Source: Candidatus Heimdallarchaeota archaeon
Lineage (GTDB): Archaea > Asgardarchaeota > Heimdallarchaeia > JABLTI01
Assembly: GCA_030614005.1 (NCBI GenBank)
Contig: JAUWKS010000026.1
Span: forward strand, 11,682-43,681
Direction of reading: 5' to 3'
DNA length: 32,000 nucleotides
Shown: positions 26,930-32,000 of the stretch, in pieces
Layout: each line of letters opens with the position of its first letter
Position numbering within the stretch: position 1 is the stretch's first letter
Notes under the pieces: model-generated
Told to the model about the DNA's origin: nothing
What the model saw: only the letters and a program-made list of their open reading frames with translations
Database searches by the model: none
Program-made: the position numbers and the translations under genes

Positions 26930-27652
26930 ATAATCGGCATCTGTATCGGCACAATAGATGATAAAATAGGTGCAATTTCAATTTATCATAATGGAATTTC
27001 TCCAGAATTAGCTAAAAAAATAGTAATGAAAACGATGGTAAGTGCTTTATCATTTTTCAAATCTAAAAATAATCATCAGAATGCTAGTGAAGCAATAATT
27101 CCATTTCAAGATGAAGATATAATCACATTTTCTTACTTCTTTTCAAAGGATAATCCAAATGTTCGGGGAGGAAAACAAAACTATTCCATAACAGCTATTT
27201 TTAAGGAAAAAGATCGATTGAGAGTTTATGATGAAGCAAATAATCTTTCTGATTTATTGAAAAAAATAGGTCGTTTAATTGAAATTCATGTAGCAGAACA
27301 TAATATTATACCACTAGAGTTTATTGAAATTTGTGAAAGACTGTTAGCAGAATGTTCTAAATTTGATATCGATAAAGTAAATCATGAATATGTTACTTTC
27401 TATGCAACTTGTCCAATTTGTTCACACAAAGATAAAGTGAAATTAAAACAAAAAATAGAAGAATTGAAAATAGTTGAATATACAATTTACAGAAATGATT
27501 TGTGTTCTCATCAGTTCAGTGTATATGTAAATTCTAAATTTGAAATATTAGGTTATAAAGAACCTAAAATTGATATCCTAAAGCTAAAAGAATTAATCTG
27601 GAAAATTAAAACTCCATATGATTCTTTATTGGAGGGTAAAATAGCTGAATAA
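26930..27652 (+). CDS. uDENN/longin-like domain plus C-terminal Cys/His zinc-binding domain; start extended upstream of the ORF track
   Basis: The frame is open from 26906. IIGICIGTIDDKIGAISIYHNGISPELAKKIVMK aligns with KRGICFVRFDDRIGPCCIYSKDINEAFQKKIAMK of the DENN protein; also SKDNPNVRGGKQNYSI and C-terminal CPIC...CSHQFSVYVNSKFEILGY. Confidence 0.75.
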   Translation: MIGICIGTIDDKIGAISIYHNGISPELAKKIVMKTMVSALSFFKSKNNHQNASEAIIPFQDEDIITFSYFFSKDNPNVRGGKQNYSITAIFKEKDRLRVYDEANNLSDLLKKIGRLIEIHVAEHNIIPLEFIEICERLLAECSKFDIDKVNHEYVTFYATCPICSHKDKVKLKQKIEELKIVEYTIYRNDLCSHQFSVYVNSKFEILGYKEPKIDILKLKELIWKIKTPYDSLLEGKIAE

Positions 27653-27713
27653 AAAATCTGAAAATAGGAAAAAAGGCAAAAGATTTTTCGAAAATGAATT
27701 TGATGATTTTTTA

Positions 27714-28379
27714 GTGACCGTAGATGTTCCCGAAAATTTTCGGGATGAGTTTATAATTGCAGAAAAGAAGGTTGCAAATCATTTTGATTCTATAAATTGG
27801 GAACCAAAAAACGGTCGTATTTTAATTGGTGGAGAAAGATATATTCTAGTTAGAGCATCCTCAATGAGAATGGGAATTACTGAAACATTAGCTTCTATTC
27901 TTGATTTAGACGGTGGAATGAATAACCCTTATGCAATAAAATTAACCTATCATTTTGGTAAATCTTTAGGTAGACTAGATGCAAGTAAATTTCATTTGTC
28001 TATGGGTTTGGATGATCCGTTGGAAAAATTATCTACTGGTCCAGTTCATTTTGCATTTACGGGATGGGCAAAAGTAAATATTAAACCAGAATCAAACCCT
28101 ACCCCCGATGAGAATTACTTTCTCTTATATACACATCCTCAATCATTTGAAGCTGACACATATATTCTTTCTAAAGGTAGCAATTCAATTCTACCAACCT
28201 GTATTTTGAATGCAGGTTATTCAGCAGGATGGTGTAGTGAAAGTTTTGGCATTGATCTTTGTGCTAGAGAGATCACTTGTAGAGCAAAAGGAGATAAAGA
28301 ATGTTTATTCATTATGGCTCCTCTCGATAAAATCGAAGATAAAATCAAAGAATATTTAGAGAAAATGAATCAAGAATAA
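27714..28379 (+). CDS. Stand-alone V4R-domain protein (XylR_N/V4R-type ligand-binding domain)
   Basis: GERYILVRA, GPVHFAFTGWA, SFEA, C.LNAGYSAGWCSESFG...EITCRAKGDKECLF motifs. Confidence 0.85.
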   Translation: MTVDVPENFRDEFIIAEKKVANHFDSINWEPKNGRILIGGERYILVRASSMRMGITETLASILDLDGGMNNPYAIKLTYHFGKSLGRLDASKFHLSMGLDDPLEKLSTGPVHFAFTGWAKVNIKPESNPTPDENYFLLYTHPQSFEADTYILSKGSNSILPTCILNAGYSAGWCSESFGIDLCAREITCRAKGDKECLFIMAPLDKIEDKIKEYLEKMNQE

Positions 28380-28399
28380 TCTTATACTCAATTTCTTCT

Positions 28400-28720
28400 C
28401 TATTTATAATCTTCACGAACAGGATAGAAAACATCGATTAGTTTGCTATCTGTTATGGCTTTTCCGGAATGCAGTACATTCGATGGAACAATAATTGCTG
28501 TGCCTGGTTGAACAGTTTTTGTTTTACCATTCATTGTGAATTCAAAAGTTCCTTCAAGTAGATTAACAATTTGTTCATGTGGATGCTTGTGTTCTGGAAG
28601 AGAACTTCCAGCAGTAATTCTCCAATAAGCTAAGGTAATATTATCTGAATGAACAAATTTACCAAAAATCCCGGGAACTACTTCTTTTTCTTCAATTTGG
28701 TTTAGATCAATATGTGACAT
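28400..28720 (-). CDS. Cupin-domain protein
   Basis: PEHKHPHEQ...GTFEF...PSNVLHSG. Likely start ATG 28720 (the ORF track gives 28762). Confidence 0.9.
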   Translation of the reverse strand: MSHIDLNQIEEKEVVPGIFGKFVHSDNITLAYWRITAGSSLPEHKHPHEQIVNLLEGTFEFTMNGKTKTVQPGTAIIVPSNVLHSGKAITDSKLIDVFYPVREDYK

Positions 28721-28796
28721 AGATAAATTGTACATACTTTCATATTTAAAATTGATATGCATTGAATTATAGCGAAATCAGGAAAGGAAAAATATA

Positions 28797-29888
28797 CTAA
28801 ACAATATCCCTTTCAAAGAATTCGAATAAAGGTGGTGTTTTATCGGAAGTAGTAAGCGCAAGTTCGTGAAGAAGAACACCTAAAATTCTTTCTCTTTCGG
28901 ATTCATCTATACCAAAGTGAAAGAATTGACCATTTGGTAATTCTTCAGCAAATCGTGGATAGTCTTTTGCTTTGTGCACTCTATCATTCGTTCCACTTAT
29001 TACTAATACTTCTTCATCAATAGTAGAAAGTTTACCGAACAACTCAAACTTCCCTGCAGCAACACCTGCTTTTTTCCATTTCCAACCAACTCCCTCCTTC
29101 ATTGTAAGCTCCATACGATATTTCTGGGTTTTCGCTTTTTCACCAATAAAAATAATGTTAGCAAGTGTTTTCATTAATATATGAATAACAAAACTTGGTA
29201 TAAGGGGGATAAAGAATTTGAGGAAGAATTTATTGAACCAAAGTTTATGCATAGGCGAAAAAGTAACAATAGTTGGCGCTTTCAGAACCCCATCTAATAA
29301 GCCTTGATAAATGATAGCAGCTCCCCAGCAAGTGCCAAATAAAACAAAATCCTTGCCTTGAAGATTAAAAAAATCAAGAACCGCTTGAATATCCTTGGCT
29401 TTTTGGGAAAGTGAAAGATCAGCTTTTCTACGACGAATCCTGCTAGAAGCTTTTTCTCGGGTTTCAATGAAATAGATATCTACTCGATCAAGAAGGATAT
29501 TGTATAGATCAGCAAATTGGTAGGGCATTGTTTGCCAACCAGAAATAAATACCACAGGTCTTAATCCTACTGGATTTTTAGGTTTAGTTCGTAAAACACG
29601 TATTTCGCCACCATCAACAGGTATCCAATGGATTTTTGAAATCGGTTCTTCCCAGAACAGTGGTGTGACATCTTGAACTAATTCATCCATTTTTGATTGG
29701 ATTATTTGAGTTTGTTCATCTGTCATTACAAGAAAAGGTGAATAATCTTTGAACTCATCTGAATTCTTTTTTTTCTTTTCAGTTTTTAAAATAGCCTTTT
29801 CTTTATTTTTTTGAGTAGTCATAGTAATTACGCCTGAATATGAGTCCAATAATAAAATGTTAGGTAAGAGCCAAGTTGAAAGTAGCAT
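28797..29888 (-). CDS. Alpha/beta-hydrolase fold protein with a Cys nucleophile elbow
   Basis: VVFISGW, FVLFGTCWGA (GxCxG), LVISGTNDRVH. Start may be ATG 29822. Confidence 0.8.
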   Translation of the reverse strand: MLLSTWLLPNILLLDSYSGVITMTTQKNKEKAILKTEKKKKNSDEFKDYSPFLVMTDEQTQIIQSKMDELVQDVTPLFWEEPISKIHWIPVDGGEIRVLRTKPKNPVGLRPVVFISGWQTMPYQFADLYNILLDRVDIYFIETREKASSRIRRRKADLSLSQKAKDIQAVLDFFNLQGKDFVLFGTCWGAAIIYQGLLDGVLKAPTIVTFSPMHKLWFNKFFLKFFIPLIPSFVIHILMKTLANIIFIGEKAKTQKYRMELTMKEGVGWKWKKAGVAAGKFELFGKLSTIDEEVLVISGTNDRVHKAKDYPRFAEELPNGQFFHFGIDESERERILGVLLHELALTTSDKTPPLFEFFERDIV

Positions 29889-29965
29889 TCTCTTTTATAT
29901 CTGTTACGATGATAATTTTTGTCGTTAAAAGTTAAGAGGAATAAAAAAATGAATTTAATAACAGA

Positions 29966-30691
29966 TCAAGGTCTATCTGCACCTATTTGAACGTCAAATG
30001 GAGCGTCAACAAATGCTTTAACAAGCTTAATTTTGAAGTCTTGTGAGATTAGCTCGCTAGTATCAGTTGCTTCAAAAGTTATAAGATAATTGTCAGGGTG
30101 CAATTTTTGAAGATAGCTTTTCATAGCAGAAATAGATTGGTCTGAATCGTTAAAATCTTTTAATAAGACGGTGTTCACCCAAAAACGACCATTGTAGTTT
30201 TCTCGAAAATGCAACAAATTTTGAAGTAAAACCTCGAGATTAATTTTCTCGAGTGGTTGATTTATCTTTTGGAATTCTTCATTGAGAACACTGTCAAGAC
30301 CTGCGATAACTAAATCAACTTTACTCAATTCATTAAAAATATCTTCACGATCAACCATAGAACAATTAGTACAAGTAGCGATTTTAATATCAGGATGAGC
30401 TGCGCGAATCTCTTTATTCAATTTGCCAAATAAAACATAAAGAGTAGGATCCCCTCTGTGAGAATATTTGATGTAATCAACTTTGCCAAATCTCTCTATG
30501 TTATCATTTACTTCTTTGAGAATTTTATTAACTGGATAAATAAACACCCGTTGAGGTATTTGATTTTTTGTCGGACCTGCTCGACAATGAATGCAATTAA
30601 AAGTGCAAGTTTTAATTTTAAACAAATCAATCTGCAAGTAAGTTCCAAAATGCTCGCTATCTTCTATTCTCTTAATATGTTTATATTCCAA
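29966..30691 (-). CDS. Radical SAM domain protein
   Basis: CTFNCIHC (CxxxCxxC), RGDPTLY, F.KINQP, LLKDFNDS; TTG start with AGGAGG SD. Confidence 0.82.
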   Translation of the reverse strand: MEYKHIKRIEDSEHFGTYLQIDLFKIKTCTFNCIHCRAGPTKNQIPQRVFIYPVNKILKEVNDNIERFGKVDYIKYSHRGDPTLYVLFGKLNKEIRAAHPDIKIATCTNCSMVDREDIFNELSKVDLVIAGLDSVLNEEFQKINQPLEKINLEVLLQNLLHFRENYNGRFWVNTVLLKDFNDSDQSISAMKSYLQKLHPDNYLITFEATDTSELISQDFKIKLVKAFVDAPFDVQIGADRP

Positions 30692-30946
30692 TTTGCCCCC
30701 TCCTAAGAAATTTGATTGGAAATTAGCTTAGTACATTTATACAATATATTATCTTATTTCTTAATTAATAATATGTAATATTTACATGTTTTTTTAGATA
30801 AATTTTAGTCTAAATTATTTTACTCTAATAAAACTAAATTAGCTATCTTTAAAAATGAGATTAACTTGTAATCAAATATGATAGTGGAATTGGAATATAA
30901 GGGAAAGCTAAAATATAAAGAATGAATAAAACGGAGAGCGGTAACG

Positions 30947-31837
30947 ATGTTTCCTGAACTAGTGTATAAAGGAGAGACAGAGGGGAAAATTTGTTCTATA
31001 TGTAAACTGACTTTTAATGATAATGAGACTATCCTCTTCTGTTCTACATGTGGATCATTATTTCATGAAGAACATTTGCTAGAATGGTTATCAAATGACA
31101 ATGAATGTGCAGTTTGTAAAAGAGATTTTTCCATAGAAATTAAGAAGTACAAATTAAGAGAAGAAAAAGTAGAGAAAACAGATAGAGATACTTCTAGAAT
31201 TAGCCCCAATAGAAAAAAGCTAACTATAGATAATCCTATTGCTAAAGAAAGTTATAACGCACTTAAAGGAGTATCGATATTTTTTGGATTGATTTTAGCT
31301 TTAGTACCAACAGTAGTAATTGCACTGCTTGTACCTTTTCCAATAGTAATTGCAGTAATGATTGTTAGTTATATTTTTTATTTTGGAGGTATGGTTATAT
31401 TTAACCTAGCAAGAACCAATTATCGTTTCTATTGGGATAAAATTACTTTTTCAAAAAAAGGCATAATTGTAAGTACATCTGGAACCTCTTCAAGAACAAT
31501 TACACCTGAGAAAATTAAAGACATAAAGCTGAAGATATCTGAATCAAGTGACGATAATAATCGAAATAAGGAGTATCATATTGCACTTGAAATATTTACA
31601 GGGAAAAAACTGTTTCAATTTGGAGAGATTTCTTCTTCAAAAAATTATGAAGATATTCAAGTATTAAGCGGGAGAATAGATGATCAAGTAAAGAAACTTT
31701 ATAGTATAAACCCAAGTTATCCAAGTTTCAATATTAATGACTATTTGTTTGAAAATCGTATTTTCATACTCATTTCTGGTGTAGTTTTTATTGTTTTGAA
31801 CGCAATTCTCATTCCAATAGGTTATTTCCTTATCTAG
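30947..31837 (+). CDS. RING-like zinc finger membrane protein
   Basis: CSIC-x12-CSTC-x4-H-x2-H-x10-CAVC with LEWL before the last Cys pair; two TM helices, a beta-rich soluble domain, and a C-terminal TM helix. Confidence 0.8.
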   Translation: MFPELVYKGETEGKICSICKLTFNDNETILFCSTCGSLFHEEHLLEWLSNDNECAVCKRDFSIEIKKYKLREEKVEKTDRDTSRISPNRKKLTIDNPIAKESYNALKGVSIFFGLILALVPTVVIALLVPFPIVIAVMIVSYIFYFGGMVIFNLARTNYRFYWDKITFSKKGIIVSTSGTSSRTITPEKIKDIKLKISESSDDNNRNKEYHIALEIFTGKKLFQFGEISSSKNYEDIQVLSGRIDDQVKKLYSINPSYPSFNINDYLFENRIFILISGVVFIVLNAILIPIGYFLI

Positions 31838-32000
31838 AAAAATTTGAATGGTAAAAAAATGATTAATTTGCGATAAACAAATCAAAAGTAAAAAGGAGTT
31901 ATTGGTATGATTTCTTGATTATTTTCTAGAACATTACTAATCTTCTCTAACCTTTAAAAAACATTTATTGAACCTGATACCAGAAAGAATTGGTAGACCC

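Noticed and set aside
1-32000. Genome-wide TAG recoding, CRISPR arrays, IS elements, tRNA/rRNA
   Set aside because: TAG ends several genes at plausible C-termini; no direct-repeat arrays, transposase motifs, or GC-rich structured RNA genes were seen by eye.
31890-32000. Possible 3' end of a minus-strand gene at the right edge
   Set aside because: Only about 16 codons are visible, and the frame and identity cannot be established.

Overview
AT-rich archaeal chromosomal segment, most likely from an Asgard archaeon. Basis: the archaea-specific gatE, archaeal-type Shine-Dalgarno motifs (GGAGG/GGTGA), and many eukaryotic-signature-type proteins, namely an actin-related protein, two Arf-like small GTPases, three longin/uDENN-like proteins (one apparently full-length DENN), a membrane RING protein, and LRR and TPR proteins. 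No rRNA, tRNA, CRISPR array or mobile element was recognised. Two signalling loci stand out. (1) A tightly coupled three-gene operon, 12370-14252, encodes a longin/uDENN-like protein, an Arf-like GTPase and a stand-alone 7TM protein with GPCR-like topology. (2) A cluster at 21000-28379 interleaves stand-alone CheY-like receivers, a DENN protein, an Arf-longin/roadblock fusion, a receiver-kinase with degenerate phospho-sites, a uDENN-Zn protein and a V4R protein. Other oddities: both ATPases of a MacB/FtsX-type ABC system carry Walker-B Glu-to-Gln; the actin homolog lacks the Asp11 equivalent and most of subdomain 2; an SDR paralog has an in-frame TAG; two genes appear to start at ATA; and two small ORFs are missing from the ORF track. 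All family assignments come from motif recognition by eye, not from database searches.
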